Source of the DNA: a virus
Length of the DNA stretch: 39,554 nt
Direction: 5' to 3' (one strand)
IMG/VR virus record: IMGVR_UViG_3300045988_120837
Location: 1 to 39,554 of that record
Shown: positions 30,851 through 39,554 of the stretch, one piece after another
How the letters are laid out: each line of letters starts with the position of its first letter
How positions within the stretch are numbered: position 1 is the first letter of the stretch
The notes under the pieces: model-generated
Told to the model about the DNA's origin: nothing
Database searches by the model: none
What the model saw: the letters and a program-made list of their open reading frames with translations, nothing else
Made by a program: the position numbers and the translations under genes

Positions 30851-31381
30851 ATGACCGAATCTTTCCTCGGCGACCATACCGACTACAGCGGGCTCGATGC
30901 CCCCATGTTCAACGCCGCCGCCGTGAGTGCCATCCGCGGCTACTGCGGGTGGCATATCGCGCCGTCGATGGTGCTGTCCGGCAAGGTCGGCTCCGCTGGC
31001 GGCAAGATCATCCGCATCCCCGCGCTCAACGTGACCGAGGTCACGAAGCTCGCGCTGACCGATGGCACCGACCTTCTGGACGGTGCGCAATGGAACGCTG
31101 ACGGCCTTATCGAGCTGGCGGTGCCCGTCGAGCCGTGCCTGAGCGGCATCGAGTACACCGTCGTTGCGGGATTTAACCCAGATGACGTACCAGACCTCAT
31201 TACGGTCGCGCTGCAGGTCTCCCGCCGAGCCGCCAGCGCCCCCGCGGGCACCGTGCGCTCCCAGAGCGTCAACGGCGCTTCGGTGAGCTACGCATTCAGC
31301 GGTTCCGGTGCTACGTCCGTCCAGCTCATGCAGGACGAGCGCGAGATTCTCGACAGGTACAGGATTGCGAGGCTCCCGTGA
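30851..31381 (+). CDS. Head-tail connector/adaptor protein (by position)
   Basis: First gene after the MCP. ATG 30851 follows GGAAGGGGG; track start is TTG 30836. Confidence 0.6.
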   Translation: MTESFLGDHTDYSGLDAPMFNAAAVSAIRGYCGWHIAPSMVLSGKVGSAGGKIIRIPALNVTEVTKLALTDGTDLLDGAQWNADGLIELAVPVEPCLSGIEYTVVAGFNPDDVPDLITVALQVSRRAASAPAGTVRSQSVNGASVSYAFSGSGATSVQLMQDEREILDRYRIARLP

Positions 31382-31740
31382 GCGGCTCTGATTTCAGCGG
31401 TTTCGGTCGACCGCTCAAGCGCCTCCGTGCACCCCTTGTGGAAGACCCGTACAATCCCGCACGCACTGTACGGGATTGGGACGGCGAGGTCGATGAGCTC
31501 GTGTTTAACGGCTTCATCGCCACGGCATCCTCGGTCATGACGCCCGACGGCGCACGCGAGCAGGCGGTAACCGCCGTCACGCTCACGGTCGCCGACCCAA
31601 CGGTCGATATCAGGCGCGGCGACCGCATCGAGGATGGTGCGCACGTCTACACGGTGGATGTTATCCCGTCCGTCGATGCCAACCCGTTCACAGGCTGGCA
31701 ACCGACCCTTGAGGTCGGCCTTCAGGAGGTGAAAGGCTGA
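31378..31740 (+). CDS. Head closure / head-tail joining protein (by position)
   Basis: GTGA coupling, 120 aa, and the canonical slot in an HK97-like module. Confidence 0.6.
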   Translation: MSGSDFSGFGRPLKRLRAPLVEDPYNPARTVRDWDGEVDELVFNGFIATASSVMTPDGAREQAVTAVTLTVADPTVDIRRGDRIEDGAHVYTVDVIPSVDANPFTGWQPTLEVGLQEVKG

Positions 31741-32027
31741 TGCCTGCAGCAGGTCAGACAAGGGTCAAGTTCAACGACAAGTTCTTCGATGACATCCTTC
31801 ACAGCGCCGGAGTCGAGAGCATGTGCCTGTCCAAGGCGCAGCAGGCGCTTGCGAATATCCGCGCGACGGCGCCCGTCGACACCGGCGCGTACCGCAACGG
31901 TTTTTGCATCGAGGTCCATAAGTCGGCGCACCGTAACTCCTATCGCGTGGTCGGCCATGATTGGAAGACGATTCTCCTTGAGTGCAAGGGCGGGTATCTC
32001 GCCCGCGCCCTGAAAGCGGTGAAGTAG
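31740..32027 (+). CDS. HK97 gp10-family tail-attachment protein
   Basis: Carries the ..APVDTGAYRNG.. motif characteristic of the HK97 gp10 family. Confidence 0.7.
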   Translation: MPAAGQTRVKFNDKFFDDILHSAGVESMCLSKAQQALANIRATAPVDTGAYRNGFCIEVHKSAHRNSYRVVGHDWKTILLECKGGYLARALKAVK

Positions 32028-32441
32028 ATGCAGATGGTGGTCCCTCCCGATCTGGAGATGTTCCTTTGCGGGTATCTCCGCGCCGTCCTCGGCACGAAAA
32101 TCGAGGTCGACAATCGCGAGCCGTCAGATTTCGACGGCAGCACGCCCTATTGCGTGGTGCGCGACGATGGAGGCCAGAAGACCGGTCTCACCACCTTCGA
32201 CCGCTCGGTCGGCATCTCCATCTATGCGGGGAACCGGCAGAGCACACTACTTGCCGGAGAGCTTGCCAGACGTGCCTTCGCCGCGCTCACGTCCCCGACC
32301 ATCGCCTATGAGAAGGGGTCTCCCATCGCCGCCGTCATCGATGACGGATGCAACGGCCCGTATCGCGTGACGGACCAGCACGATTCGAGCAAATGCTACA
32401 TGACGGTCGAGTACTCGGTCGTCGGTGCAATTGAGGATTAA
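32028..32441 (+). CDS. Tail terminator protein (by position)
   Basis: 137 aa, immediately upstream of the major tail protein. Confidence 0.6.
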   Translation: MQMVVPPDLEMFLCGYLRAVLGTKIEVDNREPSDFDGSTPYCVVRDDGGQKTGLTTFDRSVGISIYAGNRQSTLLAGELARRAFAALTSPTIAYEKGSPIAAVIDDGCNGPYRVTDQHDSSKCYMTVEYSVVGAIED

Positions 32442-32473
32442 GGTTAGGGCTTTGCCCTGGAAAGGAGCCTGCA

Positions 32474-33100
32474 ATGGCTAAAGACAAGCAGGGTAACGAC
32501 CTCGCAAACGTAGGCGTGCCCGTAACCGGTGCAATCTGCATCGTCCCGTACGCCGAGGGCAACGTCATCACCCGTACCATGATCGGCAAGAAGAACGCCA
32601 CCCCGAAGCTCCCGGAGGTCTACGCGCGCGGCACCGCATGCCTCGGCCTCATCACCAGCGACGGCGCCCCGCAGGATTCCACCGAGTCTGGCGACGCCAT
32701 CGAGTTCTGGCAGCAGGGTTACATGCTCAACGGCGAGACGACCATCTACACGGCCTTCACCATCGCCGAGGACACCGACCTCGCGCGAGAGTTCTGCTTC
32801 GGCGAGAAACCCGACGCCGACGGCGTCATCGCGGTCGATACCTTCACGCCCGACACCAAGTGGATGGCCTACGAGGAGATCACCTACAAGAACGGCAACG
32901 TCGACCGTCGCGCCGGCGTCATCCAGGTGACTGCCAACGAGCCGGGTCAGGCCGAGCGCGGCTCCGTCTTCGGTCGAGCCGTCACCGTCAAGTGGGTGCG
33001 CGACGACCTGTACGAGGGCAAGGCATTCATCGAGGCGCATTGCACGCCCGCCGATGTTACGGCGGCCGCCTCTTCTGCCACAACTGGCAAGAACTCCTAA
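32474..33100 (+). CDS. Major tail protein
   Basis: 208 aa. Followed by a strong terminator and then the chaperone pair and tape measure. Confidence 0.8.
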   Translation: MAKDKQGNDLANVGVPVTGAICIVPYAEGNVITRTMIGKKNATPKLPEVYARGTACLGLITSDGAPQDSTESGDAIEFWQQGYMLNGETTIYTAFTIAEDTDLAREFCFGEKPDADGVIAVDTFTPDTKWMAYEEITYKNGNVDRRAGVIQVTANEPGQAERGSVFGRAVTVKWVRDDLYEGKAFIEAHCTPADVTAAASSATTGKNS

Positions 33101-33128
33101 GCGAAATACAGCTTTCCCTTCTCTTGTT

Positions 33129-33160
33129 GGGCATCGCGCTTCGGCGCGGTGCCCTTTTTT
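33129..33160 (+). terminator. Rho-independent terminator after the major tail gene
   Basis: GGGCATCGCGC-ttcg-GCGCGGTGCCC (11 bp with one G-U pair) followed by TTTTTT. Confidence 0.85.
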
Positions 33161-33226
33161 ATCGGGGGACCCCAGCCGAACAATGTCCATGTCGTAAGAG
33201 GCCATTCGAGAGAAGGGAAAGTCGAG

Positions 33227-33607
33227 ATGGCTGAAGAGAAAGAGTTCGAGCCGACCATCGAGGATTTCGAGAACTGGACCGAGGAGAAGGAGCAGGCCGA
33301 GTTCGAGCGCATCGCCGATGCGAACAAGGTCATGTATGTGATCGGCGACAACACGCTGTTCGTCCGCACGTCCGCCGGCAACGTTTACCGCCTGCCCATG
33401 TGCCCGAGCTACGCCGAGGTGGCTGCAATCCAGAGCGGTACGGATAACGATGCCCTCGAGCACCTTTGCACGCTCATCGAGGGCGGCAAGGGCGGCACGG
33501 ATGCCGTAGAGCGCTTCAAGGCCGAGCCGCTCCAGACGATGGTCAAGATCCTCGAGGTCTTCGGCGAGAAGCTGGCCAAGACCCAGGGAGCGACCCTGGG
33601 GGAATAG
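33227..33607 (+). CDS. Tail assembly chaperone (G-like)
   Basis: ATG 33227 follows GAGAAGGGAAAG. Acidic 126-aa protein between the major tail protein and the tape measure. Confidence 0.8.
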   Translation: MAEEKEFEPTIEDFENWTEEKEQAEFERIADANKVMYVIGDNTLFVRTSAGNVYRLPMCPSYAEVAAIQSGTDNDALEHLCTLIEGGKGGTDAVERFKAEPLQTMVKILEVFGEKLAKTQGATLGE

Positions 33608-33966
33608 CCGGCTTCATCGCCGAGCTGAAGGAGCACGAGGACGCCGCGAGGGCTGATTTCGCGGCAAGGGGATGGAGCCTGCAGGCCGACCTCGGAAGCA
33701 GGCTCCGCTATGCGGATGCAATCGCCCTGTTTAGGGCGCTCTCGGGAGACCCGGCGACCTCAACAGGTGCGCACGTGGCAGGTCTCAAGTATCCGACCAG
33801 TTTTGCCGACATGTTCATCGTGGCGGCTTTGACCAAGAACGAGTTCCCGTCTCCCATCCCGACCGAGGAAGAGCAGCTCCGCGCTGCCTCCTTCAAGGCC
33901 TCTGGCGATGAAGCGCAGAAGGCGGCAGAGAACATGGCGCCGCTGTTCGCTTCGCTTTACGAGTAA
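33227..33966 (+). CDS. Tail assembly chaperone frameshift product (G-T-like, -1 shift at about 33598-33602)
   Basis: The -1 frame is open from before the G stop through 33966. A G5 run (33598-33602) lets tRNA-Gly re-pair on GGG, two codons before the TAG. Confidence 0.7.
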
Positions 33967-33987
33967 CGAGATCGGGGGAGATCGCGC

Positions 33988-36900
33988 ATGTCATCTGAGG
34001 TCGGTTCCGCACATATTTCGATTTTCCCCGTGATGACGGGCTTCCGCTCCAAGGTCAACAAAGAGGTAAAGTCGACCGGCGACGAAGCCAGCAATTCATT
34101 TAAAAACGCATTCAAAAACGCCGGCGGCGTAAGCGGCCGACAGCTCGGAAAGCAGCTGAAGGAATCCTTCGCCGCATCATCCAAGGGCCTCGCCGACGGT
34201 GCCCTCAAGGTCTTCACCGATGATGTCAAAGCCGCGACTAACGAGCTGAGCAAAGCTCGCATGAAGCAGGCGGACGATGCCGGGCGCGTCCGCGTGGCCG
34301 AGATGAGGCTGCAGGATGCCATCGCCAAGTACGGCGAGGGCTCCACGCAGGCAGTCGCCGCCGAGGAGCGTCTGGCATCCGCACGCCGTAAATCCGAGCA
34401 GAGCGCCGCCGACGTGAAGGCCGCGACCGAGAAGCTGAACATCGCCAATCAGTTCGCCGCTAAGGCGCAACAGGATTTGGCTCAGTATACAAACCAATCG
34501 TCCAACGCTTTCGCCAGCGCTGCCAAGAACTTCCTTGCCGGCGCAAAGTCGCTGGATGCAGGCAAGAGCTCCGCAACCGGCATGTCTGGCGCCCTGGGTT
34601 CCCTTGTCCGCGCCGCATCCGGCATTGACATTTGGGGGCCGATCGCCGCCAAGGCGACAGCCGGTCTCGCCAGGGTAAAGGCATCAATCGCCGACTTTGC
34701 CAGCAGCGCCAAGAACAAGATGCAGATTGCCGCAGCCGAGATCGGAAACGCCATCTCGGACGGCCTGTCACGCGCCGGAAGCAAGGTGCAGACGGTCGTC
34801 GGCAATATCGCGTCCAGGCTTCCGCAGCCGATTAAAAGCGTCTGCTCGACGGCGCACACGTGGTTCTCCAATGTCGAGACAGCCGCCAAATCCGCATTCG
34901 ATAAACTGCCAGATTCCGCCAAGACCGGCATCGAGGGCGCGAAAAGCGCCATCTCCGCCGGCATGTCCGCAATCGGCAAAATCTGCTCTTCCGCAGCCAA
35001 CGCATTCAAGAGCATCTCCACCGCTATCGTCGGCGTGGGTGCCGGCGCCACCCTCGCGCTCGGCAAGCTTGCCGCAACGGGCGGATTCAACCGCGCCCTC
35101 AGCATCGAGGACGCGCGTGCGAAGCTGAAGGGCCTCGGCCACGATGCCGGAAGCATCGACGAGATCATGAACAACGCCCTGGCTTCGGTCAAGGGCACCG
35201 CCTACGGCCTGGGAGACGCGGCGACCACGGCGTCCCAGCTCGTGGCGTCCGGCGTCAAGCAGGGCGACCAGCTCACGAGAGTCCTCAAGACGGTCGGCGA
35301 TTCCGCGCAAATCTCAGGTCGAGACTTCACGGAGATGGGCTCCATCTTCTCCAAGGTCGCCGCATCCAACAAGCTGCAGGGCGAGCAGGTCAACCAGATC
35401 CTCGACTCGGGCATCCCCATCCTGCAATTCCTCGCCAAACACTACGGCATCACCGCCGAGGAGGCCCAGAAGATGGTTTCCTCCGGCAAGGTCGACTTCG
35501 AGAACTTCGCAGCCGCCATGCAGGAGAACCTTGGCGGCGCGGCGCAGTCCGCTGGCGGCACCTTCAAGGGCGCGATGGCCAACGTCAAGGCAGCTTTGAG
35601 CCGTCTCGGCGAGAAGGCGATGACCCCCGTCCTGAACGGCCTGCGCGACATCTTTAATGCCGCTATTCCGCTTGTGGATGCCGTCACAACCAAGCTGACA
35701 CCCGTTTTCGAGCAGTGGGGAGACCTGGTCTCCAACACCATCGCACCGATGATCGTGGACGCTTTCGAGAAGATCACGTCCGTGCTCAACGGTGACAGCT
35801 TCTCGGGCTTTTCCAGTGGCATCATGGCAACAATCCCATTGGTCGGCTCTCTGGTTGCCGCCATGGGAGGCACAGGGCTTCTCGGCACCATCGGCGAGCT
35901 TCTCGTCAACATCCCCATGGTCGGCCCGGCCCTAAAAGGCCTCGTGGGGGAGTCCGCGCTTCTCGGCAACGCGCTTAAGCTGCTCGGAGGTCCCGTCGGT
36001 ATCGTGCTGTCGCTCCTCGCCGGCTTGGTCATGATCAGCCCAAAGCTGCAGCAGACGCTCGCGCAGGTCGCCGAGACGGTCGGCTCGTCGCTTCTCGGTG
36101 CCTTTACCACCCTTGCCCCTATCCTGCAGGAGATTTTCGGCAAGCTGACGCAAGCGGCATCTGAAATCTTCCCTGTTCTCGAGGACTGTCTGAGTCAACT
36201 TTTCTCGGTGATCGGCGAAGTGGTCGCCCAGATGGTCTCGGTCGAAACGAGTGTCCTTCAGCCGATTTTCGATTCCATTTCGCAGCTGATTGAGCCGTTG
36301 ACGAATATCATCACCACGATTCTGCCCCCGCTGACCTCGATTCTCTCTGGCGTGATCGAGCTGATCGGCAGCGTCCTGATGTTCATCATGCAGCTGACGG
36401 CGGGAATCAATTCTTTTCTGCTGCCGATTCTCGCGGCACTCGTCCAAGGTGTCTCCGACTTGCTCACCCAGTGCAGCCCGTGGCTCGACCAACTCGGCTC
36501 AACTTTTGAGGTCGTCATGGAATTGGTCGGCAGCGCCCTCCAGACCGCGGGAGCTTGCCTGAGCCAATTCCTCGCGGTCGCCGGTTCCGTGATTGCAGGA
36601 GTCGTCCAGTGGATTGTCGGCACCCTGCAACCGGCTTTTGCGGCGATGGCGCCGTTTATCTCGGGAATCGTGTCCTCCGTCAATCAGGTGATCACCTCGA
36701 TCGGTCAGGTCGTGCAGGGCGTCGTCGGCTTGGTGCAGGGCATCATTTCCGGCAACTGGGCCCAGGCGTGGTCGAGCTGCCAGCAGATTGCCAGCGGCGC
36801 GGTCGGTGCGCTCAGTGGAATCCTGCAGGGCATCTACAACGCTGCTATGGCAGCGGTCTCCGGCGCTGGCACATGGCTTGTCAATGCCGGTAGCCAGATC

Positions 36901-37386
36901 ATCTCCGGTCTTTGGAATGGCATCTCAGGTGCAATCGGTGGCCTTTACAGCAATATCAAGGGGGCGCTGTCCGGTCTTGTCAGCAAGGCCAAGAGCGCCC
37001 TCGGCATCCATTCGCCGTCGCGCGTGTTCCGTGACATGGTCGGCAAGTTCATCCCGCTAGGTATCGGCGTCGGCATCAAGCGCAATACCCCTGCACTGTT
37101 GGCTGACGCTGACGAGATGACCAGCTCTCTGGTAGAGCGCGTCAGCGGCGCGTCCGCGGCGGTTGACGTGGCGGCTGGCATGTCGCCAGCTTCTGGGGCA
37201 AACGGCGCTCAGGCGGCTTCTGGTGGCGCTGGCGGGCTGTCCGTCGAGGACATTATCTACGCAATCATCACCGCACTCAGCAAGATCGGTGCGCTCAAGC
37301 TCGACGTCGACCTCAAGACGCTCGCGATGCTGCTCGCGCCGTCAATCGATTCAGAGCTCGGTAAGCGCGACGCGATGGAGGTCTAA
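33988..37386 (+). CDS. Tape measure protein
   Basis: 1132 aa, Ala/Gly/Ser-rich and helical with hydrophobic central segments. Canonical position. Confidence 0.9.
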   Translation: MSSEVGSAHISIFPVMTGFRSKVNKEVKSTGDEASNSFKNAFKNAGGVSGRQLGKQLKESFAASSKGLADGALKVFTDDVKAATNELSKARMKQADDAGRVRVAEMRLQDAIAKYGEGSTQAVAAEERLASARRKSEQSAADVKAATEKLNIANQFAAKAQQDLAQYTNQSSNAFASAAKNFLAGAKSLDAGKSSATGMSGALGSLVRAASGIDIWGPIAAKATAGLARVKASIADFASSAKNKMQIAAAEIGNAISDGLSRAGSKVQTVVGNIASRLPQPIKSVCSTAHTWFSNVETAAKSAFDKLPDSAKTGIEGAKSAISAGMSAIGKICSSAANAFKSISTAIVGVGAGATLALGKLAATGGFNRALSIEDARAKLKGLGHDAGSIDEIMNNALASVKGTAYGLGDAATTASQLVASGVKQGDQLTRVLKTVGDSAQISGRDFTEMGSIFSKVAASNKLQGEQVNQILDSGIPILQFLAKHYGITAEEAQKMVSSGKVDFENFAAAMQENLGGAAQSAGGTFKGAMANVKAALSRLGEKAMTPVLNGLRDIFNAAIPLVDAVTTKLTPVFEQWGDLVSNTIAPMIVDAFEKITSVLNGDSFSGFSSGIMATIPLVGSLVAAMGGTGLLGTIGELLVNIPMVGPALKGLVGESALLGNALKLLGGPVGIVLSLLAGLVMISPKLQQTLAQVAETVGSSLLGAFTTLAPILQEIFGKLTQAASEIFPVLEDCLSQLFSVIGEVVAQMVSVETSVLQPIFDSISQLIEPLTNIITTILPPLTSILSGVIELIGSVLMFIMQLTAGINSFLLPILAALVQGVSDLLTQCSPWLDQLGSTFEVVMELVGSALQTAGACLSQFLAVAGSVIAGVVQWIVGTLQPAFAAMAPFISGIVSSVNQVITSIGQVVQGVVGLVQGIISGNWAQAWSSCQQIASGAVGALSGILQGIYNAAMAAVSGAGTWLVNAGSQIISGLWNGISGAIGGLYSNIKGALSGLVSKAKSALGIHSPSRVFRDMVGKFIPLGIGVGIKRNTPALLADADEMTSSLVERVSGASAAVDVAAGMSPASGANGAQAASGGAGGLSVEDIIYAIITALSKIGALKLDVDLKTLAMLLAPSIDSELGKRDAMEV

Positions 37387-38181
37387 ATGGCTGATTCGAG
37401 ACTTGGGATCTTCTCCCGCAACGACATGTTCGTCGATGACGGCACGGTCACCGTCAACGGCGTCAATCTCGGAGGAATCGGCTGGTATCTCACAGCCGCC
37501 CCGGAGGTCGAGGCGCTTGCGTTTAATACGGCATATACGTCCATTACGGGGACCCACGGATCGCGCGACCTGTCGCTAACGGATGGAGGTGGGCTGGCGT
37601 ACGCAGACAGACGCACCGTGACGCTACACCTTCGCACGCTCGGCACGTGGCAGGAGGCCGTTGAGTCGAAGCTCGCGCTTGGCTCGATGGTCGGTCGCGA
37701 TGCCCGAATCACGTGGAATGCGCTTCCCGGTGATTTCGTCGGCAGGCTCGAATCGTCCAACCCGAGTGAGGTCTGGCATGGCGGCGTGTTCGCCTACTAC
37801 GAAATCGACCTTGTAATGAGCGCCATGCCCATGCTCTACGGCGCCGAGACCACCGTGAGCGGTACCGAGTTGACCGTGAACGGTAATTGCAGGGTTTTCC
37901 CCAGGTTCACCGCCATCCTCAAGGCCGAGTCGAAGCTGAAGATATCGCGTGACGACGGGGTCTTCATTGAGGTCGAAGCGGAAAAGGTTTTCGGTTCCGG
38001 CATCGAAGCGGTAATCGAGATGTCTCCGACCAGAAAGCGCGGCGTGTATATGAACGACGTGCTGACCTGTCCGACTCTCACATCCGATTTCTTCGACCTG
38101 CCAGCAGGGGACTCGACCATCACAGTGGTCGGTGCAAGCAGTATCACGACATCCTACGAGCCGTTGTGGCTCATCCCATAG
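37387..38181 (+). CDS. Distal tail protein (Dit)
   Basis: 264 aa, directly after the tape measure protein (TAAATG). Confidence 0.75.
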   Translation: MADSRLGIFSRNDMFVDDGTVTVNGVNLGGIGWYLTAAPEVEALAFNTAYTSITGTHGSRDLSLTDGGGLAYADRRTVTLHLRTLGTWQEAVESKLALGSMVGRDARITWNALPGDFVGRLESSNPSEVWHGGVFAYYEIDLVMSAMPMLYGAETTVSGTELTVNGNCRVFPRFTAILKAESKLKISRDDGVFIEVEAEKVFGSGIEAVIEMSPTRKRGVYMNDVLTCPTLTSDFFDLPAGDSTITVVGASSITTSYEPLWLIP

Positions 38182-38192
38182 GAGATCACTAG

Positions 38193-39554
38193 ATGCCAAA
38201 GAGATTCATCCACTTCAACCGGTTCGGCGCTTATGTCGGTGAACTGACACCTTTGCAGGCGACGCGCACGCGCAACGTCGACCAGTGCGGTGTCGACAAG
38301 GTCGAGCTGATTCTTCTGGACAACGGTATAGACAAATACGACCGAATCGTGTTCACGGACTCGTTGCGCCGCACGTGCGAGTGGATCGTCATGTCCTCAC
38401 GAGAGTCGAGGGCTTCCAATGTCCCCGTCTGCAAGGTCAACTGCTACGGTTCCATGCAAGAACTTTCTCGCCATTTTATGCCCACGCTTCGCCGTGGCTC
38501 AGGCGACTCTCCCGCACAGGCGCTGGCAAAAGTCCTGGATGGCACACGCTGGTCTGTCGGCCCCTGTGATGAGGGCAGTGGTACCTACAGCGTCTACCAC
38601 CAGTCATCGTTAAAATCCATTGAGGACATTGCGGACGCCTACAAAATGGAGGTTAAGCCGCTCATCGAGCTCTCCCTGGACGGCAACTCGATTGCCAGGC
38701 GCTCCGTCTGCCTAGTTAAGCGCATCGGTCGCGCGAACACCGCATTGCGCCTCGATTACGGCAGCGGGCTGTCCGGCATCGACCGCGTACTGTCCTCAGA
38801 TGACGTCGTCACTCGACTCTACTGCTACGGCAAGGGCGTGCAGACGACCGATGAAGACGGCAACGCGACAGGTGGTTACTCCCGCAAGATCACATTTGCC
38901 GAGATCAACGGCGGCAAGGAGTATGTCCAGGACGATTCGCTGCTCCAGACGTGGGGCGTCTACGGCCCTGACGGCACCCTGGTCCATGCCGAGGGCATCT
39001 TCGAGGACGGAGACTGCGAGGACAAGGCGACGCTTCTCGCCGAGGGCAAGGCCGCACTCGCAGAGAGGTCGAAACCCGTCGTGAGCTACGAGGGCACGGT
39101 CGAGGCCCTCGGTCGCGCCGGATTCGATGCCAATGCCTGCGACCTCGGCGACAACCTCCAGATGGTCGATTCGACATTCCCCAGGCCGCTACGCCTGAGC
39201 GGTCGAGTGCTTGAGATCGTGGAAGACCTTCTCGGGGACGGCTCTCCGTCCAGCGTGAAGGTCGGCAATATCATCGAGGGCATCACGAAGCGCTCAGATC
39301 GCGTGCAGCAGGCCATCGACCGTCTGACGGGCAGCGCCGGCAGCTGGGACGATGCCGCCACGTTCGGCAGCTCCTATCTCAACGGCGTTATCGACGGCCT
39401 GAACAACGTCATGAACCAGACCGGCGGTTACACTTACATTAAGCCGGGCAAGGGGCTGTACGTATACGACAGGCGCGAGGACGACAACCCTACCATGTGC
39501 ATCCAGATCGGCGGAGGCTACTTCCGAATCGCCGACGGCAAGAATGCGGACGGC
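38193..39554 (+). CDS. Tail-tip / tail-associated (Tal-type) protein, N-terminal part (3' partial in the linear window; continues at nt 142 after the overlap)
   Basis: ATG 8 nt after GGAG. The frame stays open to the window end. The N-terminal region is typical of siphovirus Tal / 'minor structural protein' and follows Dit. Confidence 0.85.
   Translation, partial: MPKRFIHFNRFGAYVGELTPLQATRTRNVDQCGVDKVELILLDNGIDKYDRIVFTDSLRRTCEWIVMSSRESRASNVPVCKVNCYGSMQELSRHFMPTLRRGSGDSPAQALAKVLDGTRWSVGPCDEGSGTYSVYHQSSLKSIEDIADAYKMEVKPLIELSLDGNSIARRSVCLVKRIGRANTALRLDYGSGLSGIDRVLSSDDVVTRLYCYGKGVQTTDEDGNATGGYSRKITFAEINGGKEYVQDDSLLQTWGVYGPDGTLVHAEGIFEDGDCEDKATLLAEGKAALAERSKPVVSYEGTVEALGRAGFDANACDLGDNLQMVDSTFPRPLRLSGRVLEIVEDLLGDGSPSSVKVGNIIEGITKRSDRVQQAIDRLTGSAGSWDDAATFGSSYLNGVIDGLNNVMNQTGGYTYIKPGKGLYVYDRREDDNPTMCIQIGGGYFRIADGKNADG
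39414..39554. repeat. Terminal direct repeat, copy 2 (identical to 1..141)
   Basis: Base-by-base identity with nt 1-141. Confidence 0.95.

Larger units (their letters stand above)
1..39413. mobile_element. Complete temperate siphovirus-type phage genome (one circular unit)
   Basis: An exact 141-bp overlap of the window ends closes the circle. A full set of lysogeny, replication, packaging, head, tail and lysis modules is present. Confidence 0.85.

Noticed and set aside
33149-33226. Track start GTG 33149 for the tail chaperone.
   Set aside because: That start lies inside the terminator stem after the major tail gene and adds an implausible PFFIGGPQPNN.. leader. ATG 33227 has an RBS-like GAGAAGGGAAAG upstream.

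Overview
The window is a complete, circularly assembled temperate siphovirus-type phage or excised prophage genome with an HK97-fold head and a long non-contractile tail. The sequence is visibly GC-rich, with G/C-biased third codon positions and strong AGGAGG-type ribosome-binding sites (RBSs). That suggests a high-GC Gram-positive host; Actinomycetota such as Coriobacteriia or Bifidobacteriaceae is only a guess.

The first 141 nt are repeated exactly at the end (1..141 = 39414..39554), giving a unit length of 39,413 bp. Joining the ends restores one 945-codon tail-tip gene (ATG 38193 to stop 1614).

Gene order:
- Tail tip and fibres (38193 through the junction to 4347), including a BppU-like, collagen-repeat fibre.
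- Lysis cassette (4492..6286).
- attP-like spacer, then tyrosine integrase (-).
- An unknown cargo gene co-oriented with a short XRE repressor (-).
- Divergent genetic switch, a cro-like gene, and a run of micro-ORFs below the track cut-off.
- An unresolved ~750-bp segment, then an xis-like HTH.
- Recombination/replication module: SMC-like ATPase, AAA_24/Sak4-like, DUF669, SF2 helicase.
- About 15 small early genes, including tandem paralogues, a Lar-like zinc ribbon, an HTH, dUTPase, DUF3310 and an HNH_3-like protein.
- Prim-pol/helicase, then an iteron-rich and palindrome-rich non-coding block.
- RusA, HNH, a cos-like spacer, TerS/TerL, portal, protease and major capsid protein.
- Connectors, major tail protein, G/G-T chaperones with a -1 frameshift, tape measure and Dit.

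I found no rRNA, tRNA or CRISPR array. Most long minus-strand and alternative-frame ORFs in the track are GC-driven shadow ORFs.

The most interesting items are:
- the unknown lysogeny-module cargo gene (7868..8557);
- a candidate anti-defence islet around a Lar-like gene (16199..17637);
- the strand-ambiguous segment 9695..10452;
- the iteron/palindrome block 24195..24463.

All functional calls come from motif recognition by eye and from synteny. No database search was run.
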